From positions 1,248,001-1,312,000 of the forward strand of contig CAVSAC010000014.1 of assembly GCA_963725865.1 (NCBI GenBank): DNA of 64,000 bases. The letters run 5' to 3'. A model generated the notes under the pieces. That model was given only the letters and a program-made list of their open reading frames with translations, was not told the DNA's origin and made no database searches. Shown here piece by piece: positions 34,775-44,817 of the stretch. Origin of the DNA: Candidatus Eiseniibacteriota bacterium. Lineage in GTDB: Bacteria > Eisenbacteria > RBG-16-71-46. How positions within the stretch are numbered: position 1 is the stretch's first letter; the number at the start of each line of letters is the position of its first letter. Made by a program: the position numbers and the translations under genes.

Positions 34775-36852
34775 ATGACCATGGGCCGCATCCCCTCGCA
34801 TTGGTATGCTCTTCTCATGTTGTTGTTCATCCCGAGATCGTCGTCGGCGATCCAGTTGCAGTGGAGCTCGGGGAGTACCTGCCTGAACTTCACGAGTGGT
34901 ACCCGATGCACCCTGATCGTTCGAGCGGATTCCGCCGAAGCACGACTTCCGTCTGAGTGGCGGCTTCAATGGGTCACCGATAGCTGCGAAGTTCAGGCCC
35001 TGCCATTGAATCCTGGGACCACATGCGACCACGAAGTGGCGGAAGTGGCGGACCTCGATGGTCCTGCGAACAGCGCGGACTCCGCTGCGCACATGCCCAC
35101 CGTCCGCTTCTGCTCGACAGGAGAAGCGGCCGCGATGGCCGCGCGGTACGTGTTCGACTTGCCGGGCGGGGCTCGAGCTCGGTTCCGGGTGGTGGCGATT
35201 GCTCCATCGTCTGACGATGAGGTCATTGAGTCGAACGAGGTCCTCGTCAACGGGGGCGTAGTCGCGACGTACCCACCCGCGCTCTTGCGCGTCAATACGG
35301 TGCATCAATCCACGGTATACCGCCTCGACGCCGTGGGCATTGGGCTTGCCGGAGCACGTTCGCTGGCACTGCGAGCGCCCGACGGGTCATGGTCTCAGCC
35401 GCTCGCCATCACCGACCAGACCGACGGGAGCATCTCGGCGCACGCGTCGCTTGCGGCCAATGTGCCGACGTGCGGCGTGGAGTTGGTCGGCGAAGCGGAG
35501 ACGGTCGCGAGTGCGACCTTGCTGGCCGAGCGCGAGCCGCAGTTGTTGGCGCCCGAGAGCGGCTGCATGCAGAATTTCTTCGAGCGGGTGTTCGACGATC
35601 CCTACGAGATCCAGCCCAAGGACTTCGCGTTCGTGCTCGGTGGCTGGACGCCCGCGGGGCTGTGGACGTTCCATCTCTTCTACATCCGGCAGAATCAGTG
35701 GATGACCGCCAGAGACGGTGACGACAGGAACACCGCAAAGAACCTCGGCCACGCGGTCTCGAACAACCTGGAGGATTGGCCCTCGAAGGATTCACTGGGC
35801 GTTCTTGTCATCGATACCACAGCCATCAAGACACGGCTCGGTCGGTTTGACAGCAATCACGTGTGGGCGCCGAGCATCGTGAGGCGCGGCCTGACCTACT
35901 ACATGTTCTACACCGGCGTCGACGACGCCGGCCAGCAGCGGACCGGGCTCGCTACTTCGACCGACCTTGTGACTTGGACGCAGGGTGACAGCGTCTATGA
36001 CGTCCCAAGGGCAGGGGACTGGATCGAGCCGACCACGAAGGACTTCCGAGATCCGTTCGTGATGGCGGACCCGAATGTGCCCGGAGATTGGCTCATGTAC
36101 TCTCCGCAGCCGTCGACACGAACCGAACGCTGGTGACTGGCGTGGCGAGGTCGCACGGCGACTTCACACAGTGGCTACCATCCGACGCCCTCTGGGCCAC
36201 TCGGCATCCCCATGCACGAGTTGAGTCGCCGCACGTGTTCAATCGGCAGGACAAGTGGTGGCTCTTCTACACATCGAGCGATACGGTATATGCGGTGTCG
36301 AACCTAGGCAGCCCGTCGGACACGACCACGACGAACTGGAGCCCCCCAGCCCGACTTCAATCGCTGGTCGTAGATCAGCCGGGCATCTACTTCAACTGGC
36401 ATGCGACCGAATACCTGGAGGTCAGCGCGGCGAACGACATCCGCTACCTCGCCGCCTACAACGACTACCCCGTGTCCATCAGCATCACCCAGATGCGCCC
36501 GGCGAGCCTGCCCTACCTGTTCAAGGACGGCTGCCCGGAGGCAACGAGTGTCGACGAAGCCGCTCCGACGGCATTGGAGCCTCGCCTGCTGCTTCTGGGT
36601 GCGCGGCCTGCGAACTCGCACGCGACGTTCCGGGTCGAACTGCCGGCGCGGATGTCCGTGCGGCTCGCGGTCTACGACGTGCTCGGTCGACGCGTGAAAT
36701 CCCTCGTGGTCGGTGAGCTGGCCGCTGGAGCGACGGACCTGGAGTGGGACGGGACGAACGAGAGCGGGAGCCGGACTGGGAGCGGCGTCTACTTCATCCA
36801 TCTCGCCTCGGACTCCTTCCGGCGCACCGTCCGGCTGCCGCTCGTCCGGTGA
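34775..36852 (+). CDS. Cassette 1 gene A: secreted five-bladed beta-propeller glycoside hydrolase-like protein (GH32/GH43-like) with CTD; single frameshift near 36100
   Basis: PKDF, HVWAPSI, YYMFYTG, FRDPFV, VESPHV, WWLFYT motifs; collinear with the intact paralog at 39864. Confidence 0.75.
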
Positions 36853-39341
36853 GTCGATTGAGGCCGGCCTCGCAAGCGGCGATCCGAGCGGTCTTCGCGC
36901 TGTTGTTCGGCGCGACGACCGCCTTCGCCCAGTACATCGACTCGAGCGTCTGGGGAACCGATGGTGTGGTGACGAAGGTCCTTCGGTCCGGCAACACGCT
37001 CTACATGTCCGGGTCGTTCAGCCATGTGGGCCCTAACTCAGGGGGCGGCGTCGAGGTCGACGATGTGAGGGGCGAACCCACGGGGCGACTCCCGAAGGTG
37101 GCGGGAGTTGTCGAGGTGGTGATCCCCGATGGCGCCGGTGGCTGGTTCATCGGAGGCGCCTTTGCGGGGGTGGGCGGACTGCCGAGGCAGAACCTCGCCC
37201 ACATCTTGGTAGACGGAAGCGTCGACGGATGGGCCCCCGATCCTGACGGACCCATAAGCTCGTTGGCGATCGATGGGCGCACACTCTATGTGGGCGGCAG
37301 TTTCGCTCGTGTTGCCGGACTGGCCCGCGACAACGCCGCCGCGCTCGACATGGGAACTGGCGCAGCAACCGAATGGAATCCAAGGCCGAATGCCCGAGTG
37401 CGAGCCTTGCTTATCCACCAAGGGCGCCTGCTGATCGGTGGCGACTTTTCCATGATTGCAGGCGAGTCACGCAACAGCATTGCTGAGGTCGATCTGGGCT
37501 CCGGAGTCGTGACGGAGTGGAATCCAGACGTCGGATTCTTCGGCATTCCTGGCGAGGTCCGATCGCTCGCAGCAACAGGTGACACCGTCTTCTTCGGGGG
37601 CGAGTTCTCGTCGGTGGGGGGGCAACTGCGACGGCGTCTCGCGGCCGTGGTGGAACCGGCCTCTACCCCGCTAGCCTGGGATCCGAATATCACGGGCCCT
37701 GTTGCCACGTACTTCGGCGATGTAGTCGTTTCCACGATCGCCCTGCTGCCGGGCAGAGTCATCGTTGGCGGCCATTTCACGACTGTGGGCGGTCAGCCTC
37801 GCATGGGACTTGCCCTGGTCGATCGAGCCAGCGGCCTGGCGACAGACTGGAATCCTGTGTTCACCTCGACATTGAGTGATGGCTCCGCCGACATCACATC
37901 GATCGCGGTCGAGGGAGACTCCGCCTACGTGTCGGGGGGCTTCTTCGATGTCAACGGGCGGTCACGGCGCTACTGCGCCAAACTGGATCTTGGATCCGAC
38001 GGTGTCTCCGCCTGGGACCCGCAGCCCACGGATCTGGTCCACGCGATCGCCACACAGGGCGATCGCGTCTTCCTGGGTGGCGTCTTCTCTGGCCTCGGCT
38101 CCCAGTGGCGGCGACGGATCGACATCGCCGCATTCGATGTCACCACCGGTGCGGTGAAGGAATGGAACCCGAACCCCGATGGTCTAGACGTTCGTACGAT
38201 GGCGCTGTCCCATGGGCGTGTCTATGTCTGCGGATTCTTCGCAGAGATCGGAGGGCAGCCGCGCGACGGGTTGGCTGCGATTGACACGCTCACCGGTGCG
38301 GCCACGGACTGGTATCCGATGACTGACGGCTGGACAAAGACGCTCGAAGTCGTTGGCGACACTTTGTACATCGGCGGAATGTTCACGAACGTGGATGGAC
38401 AACCGCGTGAGAGATTGGCGTCGTTCGACCTGAACACTGGAATCCTGACGGACTGGTCCCCTAACGCCAATAGCGATGTCTTCGACATCGCGTTGAAGGG
38501 AAACACCGTCTACCTCGCGGGCTTCTTCTCGGCGGTCGGCGGCGTGCCTCGTCGCTACGGCCTGGCGGCGGTGGACGCCATTTCTGGGAAACTGTTCGAT
38601 TGGAATCCGCAGCCCGACAATTGGGCGAACGCGATAGAGATCGTCGACAGTGTCCTCTACGTAGGTGGGGTGTTCAACACCATCGGCGGGCAATCACGGG
38701 TCAACCTCGCGGCTCTCGACCTCCGGACGGGACTCGCGACGGATTGGCGAGCGGATGCGAACTCGGCAGTGAACGCACTGTTGGCCGTGGACGACACGCT
38801 CTTCGCCGGCGGGCTGTTCTTCACCATAGGGGGGCAGCCACGCAACGGCGTCGCCGCGCTCGACCTTCGCACGGGAGCGCTGCTCGACTGGGACCTCGGC
38901 CTCAGCGCGGGCGAGTACTCGGCGGCCATCCCGCATCCGGTGGTGTACGGGCTCACGCTTGCCGATCACACGCTCTACGTCGGTGGGCGATTCGGTCGCG
39001 CCGGCGTGGCACCGACCGGTGGCCTTGTAGCCTACGCGTTCCGACCACCCATGCTCCCGCCGCCACCGCTTCCGACGGCCGTGGCAATGGCGCCGATGGC
39101 GCCCAACCCGGTGCACGCGACCGCCACCATCCGGTATGCGCTACCCGCCGCCGCTGCGGTCAGCCTCTCGGTGTTCGACATCCAGGGGAGACGGGTCGCC
39201 TTGCTGCTCGATCGCGCGCAGAAGCCCGCAGGCAGGCACGAAGCGTCGCTCGATACCGGCCGCTGGCCACGGGGCTTCTACTTCTGCGTGCTCGACGCCG
39301 GCGGCACGAGGTCGATCAGGAAGTTCGTGGTCCTGCCCTAG
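36849..39341 (+). CDS. Cassette 1 gene B: secreted repeat beta-propeller protein with CTD
   Basis: Many repeats of GG.F..VGG..R..LA..D..TG..T.W.P; Pro-rich linker; CTD; GTG start overlaps the stop of gene A. Confidence 0.8.
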   Translation: MSRLRPASQAAIRAVFALLFGATTAFAQYIDSSVWGTDGVVTKVLRSGNTLYMSGSFSHVGPNSGGGVEVDDVRGEPTGRLPKVAGVVEVVIPDGAGGWFIGGAFAGVGGLPRQNLAHILVDGSVDGWAPDPDGPISSLAIDGRTLYVGGSFARVAGLARDNAAALDMGTGAATEWNPRPNARVRALLIHQGRLLIGGDFSMIAGESRNSIAEVDLGSGVVTEWNPDVGFFGIPGEVRSLAATGDTVFFGGEFSSVGGQLRRRLAAVVEPASTPLAWDPNITGPVATYFGDVVVSTIALLPGRVIVGGHFTTVGGQPRMGLALVDRASGLATDWNPVFTSTLSDGSADITSIAVEGDSAYVSGGFFDVNGRSRRYCAKLDLGSDGVSAWDPQPTDLVHAIATQGDRVFLGGVFSGLGSQWRRRIDIAAFDVTTGAVKEWNPNPDGLDVRTMALSHGRVYVCGFFAEIGGQPRDGLAAIDTLTGAATDWYPMTDGWTKTLEVVGDTLYIGGMFTNVDGQPRERLASFDLNTGILTDWSPNANSDVFDIALKGNTVYLAGFFSAVGGVPRRYGLAAVDAISGKLFDWNPQPDNWANAIEIVDSVLYVGGVFNTIGGQSRVNLAALDLRTGLATDWRADANSAVNALLAVDDTLFAGGLFFTIGGQPRNGVAALDLRTGALLDWDLGLSAGEYSAAIPHPVVYGLTLADHTLYVGGRFGRAGVAPTGGLVAYAFRPPMLPPPPLPTAVAMAPMAPNPVHATATIRYALPAAAAVSLSVFDIQGRRVALLLDRAQKPAGRHEASLDTGRWPRGFYFCVLDAGGTRSIRKFVVLP

Positions 39342-39361
39342 ATTCGCGGACTCGCGGGCCG

Positions 39362-39522
39362 GCCGCACGCCTTCACCTCGACCACCGCCTCGTCGGCGCC
39401 GCAGCGCGGCTCCGGGAGCTCGCGCGACTCCAGCACCTCGGGGCCGCCGTGCCGGTCGAACACCATCGCGCGCATCGTCACCTCATCCTCGCTCGCGCCG
39501 GCTGCGGCGCTGGTAGAAGTAG
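39362..39522. repeat. Direct repeat R2: non-functional copy of the DUF2339 3' end / dehydrogenase 5' end junction
   Basis: Minus strand encodes MRAMVFDRHGGPEVLESRELPEPRCGADEAVVEVKACG, after which homology stops. Confidence 0.9.
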
Positions 39523-39863
39523 GAAGACGTCATCCGAGCCGAACCGATGGGGACGATTGCTGGCGGGTCCCGCGCGGCATGAGCCCTTCGACGGAGGTCG
39601 TCTCGGCCAGGGTGAGCCTGCAATCGCAGAGGACGCGCACTCTAGTCGCGGGCCAGGCAGGCGGGCAACCAGTGTGCAGGTGGGCCCGTGAACGGAGCCG
39701 TCACAGGATGTCTGAATATCGCCCAGTTATCCCTCGACGCCCCCCCCTTTGAAGGTGTTGACTCCGGATGTGCGAGGCCTCCGCCCGCGTCCCCACCACG
39801 AGACCGTGCCCCACACCACTGGGTTCCCCAAGTCGGTCTCGAACGACGTCTCGAAGGGAGGCC

Positions 39864-42002
39864 ATGACCATGGGCCGCATCCCCTCGCATTGGTATGCTC
39901 TTCTCATGTTGTTGTTCATCCCTAGGTCATCGTCGGCGATCCAGCTGGAGTGGGGCTCGGGAAGCACCTCTCTGAGCTTCACGAGCGCCACCCGATGCAC
40001 CCTGGTCGTTCGAGCCGATTCCGCCGAAGCACGACTCCCGTCGGAGTGGCGGCTGTTGTGGGCCACCGATAGCTGCGACGTTCGGCCATTGGCGCTGCCG
40101 TCCGAGACCGCGTGCCAGCAGGAAGCCGCTGAAGTTTCAGTGATCGATGAGCCCGCGACGGGTTCGGACTCGTTGGCTCACATGCCGATAGCGCACTTCT
40201 GCTCAGCAGGCAGCGTTGCTTCGACTACAGCGCACTACATCCTCGATCTGCCGGCTGGAACGCGCGGGCGGCTCAAGGTCGTCGCTCTCGACTCGTCGGA
40301 TCCGAGAGGGGATCGGGTAGTTCAAACGAACGAGGTGGTCTTCAACGGTGGCGTGAGCAGTCCCTACCCGCCCTCGGTCTTGAGAACTACGAGCGTGCAT
40401 CGATCCACTGAGTTCCGCCTCGACCTCCTCGGAGTGGGTCTCGGCGACGTAACTACGCTCTCACTCGCGGCGCCGGATGGCTCGTGGCAGCAGTCGCTGG
40501 ACATCAAGAGCCAAAGCGACACGGCCATCGCAGCCGGAGCCGCCCTTGCTGCGAACGTACCCGAGTGCGTCCTCCGGCTAGAGTCCAGTGCGAGCAGCGT
40601 GGCAACAGCCTCGGTAGCGGCTGACCCGCTTCCGCCGAGCGCGGGCAATGCCCTGACCGGGGCGTGTCTGAGAGGCAGGTTCGAGGAGTCCTATCCGGGC
40701 CACGCCGCCGATCTGATCCAGCCACGGGACTTCGCCTTCGTCCTCGGAGGATGGACTCCCGTGGGTACCTGGGCGTTCCACCTCTTCTATGGCCGCCTCA
40801 ACCAGTACTCGAGCAACACCGAGAAGAACATCGGTCATGCGGTTTCCGACAGCCTGACAAGTACCAGTTGGGTGGTACTCGACACGGCGGCCGTCAGGAC
40901 CCGCGGCGCGCACTTCGACAGTCTCGGCGTACATCCGTCCTTTGACAGCCTCCATGTATGGGCGCCCTCGATCACGCTGAAGGGCCTGACGTACCACATG
41001 TTCTACACCGGTGTCGACAAGGACAACAGCCAACGCATCGGTCTCGCGACCTCGACGGACCTCGTCCATTGGACACAGCGCAACGGCAGCGTGCTCGACG
41101 CTGCCACGCTCGCAACCAATGATCACTGGCTCGATCCGGCTCCCGCTGGTTACAGCCAACAGGCCCAGCTCCGCGATCCATTCGTGATGCAGGATCCTGA
41201 TGTGCCTGGGGATTGGTTGATGTACTTCGTCACCGTTCCGACCAAGTACACCCCCGACATGGTGGTCGGTGTGGCGCGATCTCATGGGGATCTTGCGACA
41301 TGGGAGAGTTCCTTCCCGCTCTGGAACACCCACCATCATTGGAGCGGAGGCTCCACTTACTATGTGGAATCGGTCCATGCGTTCGAACGCAGCGGAAAGT
41401 GGTGGCTGTTCTACACCGTCGACCATGATTCGGTGTGGGTTCAGTCGAATCCGACCAGCCCGAGCGATCCGGACAGCACACATTGGAGTCAGGTCCAGAA
41501 GCTGACCACCGTGGTCCCGCCCGCCCAGGCGGATTCGTTCCTCTACTGGCATGCGACCGAGTACCTCCAGGTCAGCGATGTTCGCGACATCGAGTACCTC
41601 GCCGCCTGGAACGATCTGGGGGTCGAGATCAGCTACACGCAGATGCGTCCGGCGAGCGCCCCCTACCTGTTCAGCATGGACTGCCCCAGTGTCGCGGGCG
41701 TGAGCGCGTCCACCCCCGCGGTGTTAACCCCGCGGCTCCAACTGACGAGTGCGAGCCCGGCGCGCTCTCGCGTCGACCTGCGGATCCACTTGCCCTCGAA
41801 GATGCGTGCCCATGTCGCGGTCTTCGACGTGATGGGTCGCCGCTTGGCCACGCTTGTGGACGGGAGTCTGCCGGGGGGTGCGACCGATGTGCACTGGGAC
41901 GGGCGTGACCGTGGCGGCGCGGAGGTGGGGAGCGGAGTCTACTTCGCGCGGTTGACCACGACGTCGTCGCATCAGGCTGTGCGCATTGCGCTGATCCGGT
42001 AG
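39864..42002 (+). CDS. Cassette 2 gene A: secreted GH32/GH43-like beta-propeller protein with CTD
   Basis: PRDF, HVWAPSI, MFYTG, LRDPFV, VESVH, WWLFYT motifs; first 28 aa identical to cassette 1 gene A. Confidence 0.8.
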   Translation: MTMGRIPSHWYALLMLLFIPRSSSAIQLEWGSGSTSLSFTSATRCTLVVRADSAEARLPSEWRLLWATDSCDVRPLALPSETACQQEAAEVSVIDEPATGSDSLAHMPIAHFCSAGSVASTTAHYILDLPAGTRGRLKVVALDSSDPRGDRVVQTNEVVFNGGVSSPYPPSVLRTTSVHRSTEFRLDLLGVGLGDVTTLSLAAPDGSWQQSLDIKSQSDTAIAAGAALAANVPECVLRLESSASSVATASVAADPLPPSAGNALTGACLRGRFEESYPGHAADLIQPRDFAFVLGGWTPVGTWAFHLFYGRLNQYSSNTEKNIGHAVSDSLTSTSWVVLDTAAVRTRGAHFDSLGVHPSFDSLHVWAPSITLKGLTYHMFYTGVDKDNSQRIGLATSTDLVHWTQRNGSVLDAATLATNDHWLDPAPAGYSQQAQLRDPFVMQDPDVPGDWLMYFVTVPTKYTPDMVVGVARSHGDLATWESSFPLWNTHHHWSGGSTYYVESVHAFERSGKWWLFYTVDHDSVWVQSNPTSPSDPDSTHWSQVQKLTTVVPPAQADSFLYWHATEYLQVSDVRDIEYLAAWNDLGVEISYTQMRPASAPYLFSMDCPSVAGVSASTPAVLTPRLQLTSASPARSRVDLRIHLPSKMRAHVAVFDVMGRRLATLVDGSLPGGATDVHWDGRDRGGAEVGSGVYFARLTTTSSHQAVRIALIR

Positions 42003-42008
42003 TCGACC

Positions 42009-44636
42009 ATGACGCGCAGGCCCGCAGGACTTGACGAGCGCTCGACGGCGAGATCGCGCTGGGGGGACCGACCGAGCACACGGGAGTCGCCTGTGTGTCT
42101 CGGGCCGACGGACGCCCACATTGAAGTGGCCGATCCGACGCGCAATCGCGTCGGATGCCCGCGCGGAGTCCTCCTCGTGGGAGCCGTCCTCGTCTCGATC
42201 TTCCCTGCAGCTCTTGCTTCCGCTCAACGACTCGATCAGCCACTTTGGGGTACTGACGGCTCGGTGCAGGTCACGCGACGTTCCGGGAACACGATCTACG
42301 TCGGTGGAGCGTTCACGCGCGTCGGCCCCAACAGCGGCGGCGGAGTCCCGGTGGATCTCGCGACCGGGAATCCGACCGCGTCCTTCCCGCGCGTGGCGGG
42401 AGTCGTCGATGCGGTGGTGCCCGATGGAAGTGGCGGCTGGTACATCGGTGGATCGTTCGCGGCGGTGGGCGGGTTGCGACGGTCGAACCTCGCGCACATC
42501 CTCTCGGATGGTCGGGTGGCCGACTGGACTCCCGATCCGGATGCGGGCGTTCTGGCGCTAGCGCTGAGTGGCGGGACGCTCTATGTGGGCGGGCACTTCG
42601 GCCACATCGGTGGCCGGGCCCGGAGCTTTGTCGCGGCTCTCGATACGGCGCGTGGACAAGCGACGGACTGGGATCCGGCCGCCGATCTGGAGGTCAGGGC
42701 GCTGCTGCCGGCTCGTGGCCTGCTCTATGTGGGCGGTGACTTCACGAGCATCGGGGGCGAGGCGCGTCGAGGCGTCGCCGCACTGGATGTATTCACAGGG
42801 CAGGCCACCGCCTGGGATCCGGACGCGGGCTACACGCCGGCCCCTGGCCTGGTGAGGACTCTGGCCGCGGTCGGAGACACGATCTATGTCGGGGGCAACT
42901 TCTGGAGCATCGGATCCACTCCCCACGCGCATCTCGCCGCCGTGGACGCGACCACGGGACTGGCCGAATCGTGGGATCCGCAGATCTCGTCGTCGAACGA
43001 CAGCTATTACGGCGAACCATACGTCGGCGCTCTCGCGGTGCGTGGGAACAGCCTCTACTTCGGCGGGCACTTCACCGAAGTCGCGGGACAGGTGCGTGGC
43101 GGGCTGGCGCAGGTCGACCGCTCGACCGGGCAGCCGACGGCATGGGACCCGGCCACGGGACCGTGGACCGGACCACTCGATCGCGCCACCACGGCCATCG
43201 CGCTTCGTGACACGACGATGCTGGTCGCTGGCTTCTTCGAGGCCGTCGGAGGAAAGCCCCGAGCGTTCGTCGCCGAGGTGGGGCTCGCCAGTGCGGCCCC
43301 AACGGACTGGGACCCGCAGGTCAATGACCCAGTCAGGGCGGTGGCCGTCGACGGCGACACGGCGTACCTGGGGGGGACGTTTGTCGGTCTCGGCGCACAG
43401 TGGCGTCGCCGCTGGGACCTGGCAGCGTTCGATGCCACCACCGGGGCGGTGAAGGACTGGGCCCCGGATCCCGATGGACTCGGCATCCTGTCCCTCGTGG
43501 TGAGCCACGGGGTGGTCTACACGAGCGGCTACTTCTACAACATCGGCGGGCAGCCGCGCGATGGAGTCGCGGCGCTGGACACGCTGACTGGAGCGGCCAC
43601 CGATTGGTACCCGATCACCAACAACTGGACGCGAACCCTCGAGATTGCAGGCGACACGTTGTTCGCGGGCGGCATGTTCACAAGCATGAATGGACTGCCC
43701 CGTGGACGCTTGGCGTCTTTCGATTTGGCCACTATGGCGTTGACCGACTGGGCGCCGAGCGCCAACAGTGACATATACGATCTTGCGGCAAGAGGAGGCA
43801 TGGTCTATCTCGCCGGATTCTTCTCGACCGTCAATGGGATCTCGCGCCGGTATGGCGTTGCGGCCGTCGACGCCACGACCGGCGCTCTGCTCGACTGGAA
43901 CCCTCAGTCCGACAACTTAGTGAACGTGATTGAGATCGTTGGAGACGCCGTCTTCGTGGGCGGATCGTTCAACACGATCGGCGGCCAGCCGAGGGCCAAT
44001 CTCGCGGCGCTCGATCCCGTGACGGGTCTCGCGACCAATTGGAGCGCTGACGCCGACGGAGGTGTGAATACTCTCGCGGTCTGGGGAGACACTCTGTTCG
44101 TCGGCGGCCGCTTCTCCACCCTCGCCGGACAGCCCAGGAGCGGACTGGCTGCTCTGAGTATGGCTACGGGCGAACTACTGCCGTGGAACCCCGAATTCAG
44201 CAGCGTCGAGTGGGCCTCCTCCATTCCACATCCCATCGTCTACGGGCTCACAATCTCGGGTAGCACGCTCTATGTCGGTGGGTTATTCGGTCGCATTGGC
44301 ACGGTGCCCGCCAACGGTTTCGTCGCAATCTCCTTCGCACCACCACCGCTCCCGCCGCCACCCCTTCCCACCGCTGTCGCGCTGGCACCGATGGCGCCCA
44401 ACCCGGTGCACGCGGCCGCCACGATCCGGTATGCGCTGCCCGCCTCCGCCGCGGTGAGCCTCTCGGTGTTCGACATCCAGGGGCGACGGGTCGCCATGCT
44501 GCTCGACCACGCGCAGAAGCCCGCAGGCAGGCACGAGGCGTCGCTGGATGTTGGTCGCTGGCCACGGGGCTTCTACTTCTGCCTGCTCGACGCCGGCGGC
44601 ACGCGGTCGATCAGGAAATTCGTGGTGCTGCCCTAG
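42009..44636 (+). CDS. Cassette 2 gene B: secreted repeat beta-propeller protein with CTD (start uncertain)
   Basis: Same repeat type as 36849-39341; last 94 aa differ from it at 7 positions. Confidence 0.8.
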   Translation: MTRRPAGLDERSTARSRWGDRPSTRESPVCLGPTDAHIEVADPTRNRVGCPRGVLLVGAVLVSIFPAALASAQRLDQPLWGTDGSVQVTRRSGNTIYVGGAFTRVGPNSGGGVPVDLATGNPTASFPRVAGVVDAVVPDGSGGWYIGGSFAAVGGLRRSNLAHILSDGRVADWTPDPDAGVLALALSGGTLYVGGHFGHIGGRARSFVAALDTARGQATDWDPAADLEVRALLPARGLLYVGGDFTSIGGEARRGVAALDVFTGQATAWDPDAGYTPAPGLVRTLAAVGDTIYVGGNFWSIGSTPHAHLAAVDATTGLAESWDPQISSSNDSYYGEPYVGALAVRGNSLYFGGHFTEVAGQVRGGLAQVDRSTGQPTAWDPATGPWTGPLDRATTAIALRDTTMLVAGFFEAVGGKPRAFVAEVGLASAAPTDWDPQVNDPVRAVAVDGDTAYLGGTFVGLGAQWRRRWDLAAFDATTGAVKDWAPDPDGLGILSLVVSHGVVYTSGYFYNIGGQPRDGVAALDTLTGAATDWYPITNNWTRTLEIAGDTLFAGGMFTSMNGLPRGRLASFDLATMALTDWAPSANSDIYDLAARGGMVYLAGFFSTVNGISRRYGVAAVDATTGALLDWNPQSDNLVNVIEIVGDAVFVGGSFNTIGGQPRANLAALDPVTGLATNWSADADGGVNTLAVWGDTLFVGGRFSTLAGQPRSGLAALSMATGELLPWNPEFSSVEWASSIPHPIVYGLTISGSTLYVGGLFGRIGTVPANGFVAISFAPPPLPPPPLPTAVALAPMAPNPVHAAATIRYALPASAAVSLSVFDIQGRRVAMLLDHAQKPAGRHEASLDVGRWPRGFYFCLLDAGGTRSIRKFVVLP

Positions 44637-44656
44637 CTCGGCCGACGCGCGCGCCG

Positions 44657-44817
44657 GCCGCACGCCTTCACCTCGACCACCGCCTCGTCGGCGGCGCAGC
44701 GCGGCTCCGGCAGCTCGCTCGGCTCGAGCACCTCGGGGCCGCCGTGGCGGTCGAACACCATCGCCTTCATCGGGCCCTCACGCACGCTCGCGCCGGATGC
44801 GGCGCTGGTAGAAGAAG
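44657..44817. repeat. Direct repeat R3: real DUF2339 3' end plus a truncated dehydrogenase 5' end
   Basis: MKAMVFDRHGGPEVLEPSELPEPRCAADEAVVEVKACG directly downstream of the DUF2339 stop, after which homology stops. Confidence 0.9.
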
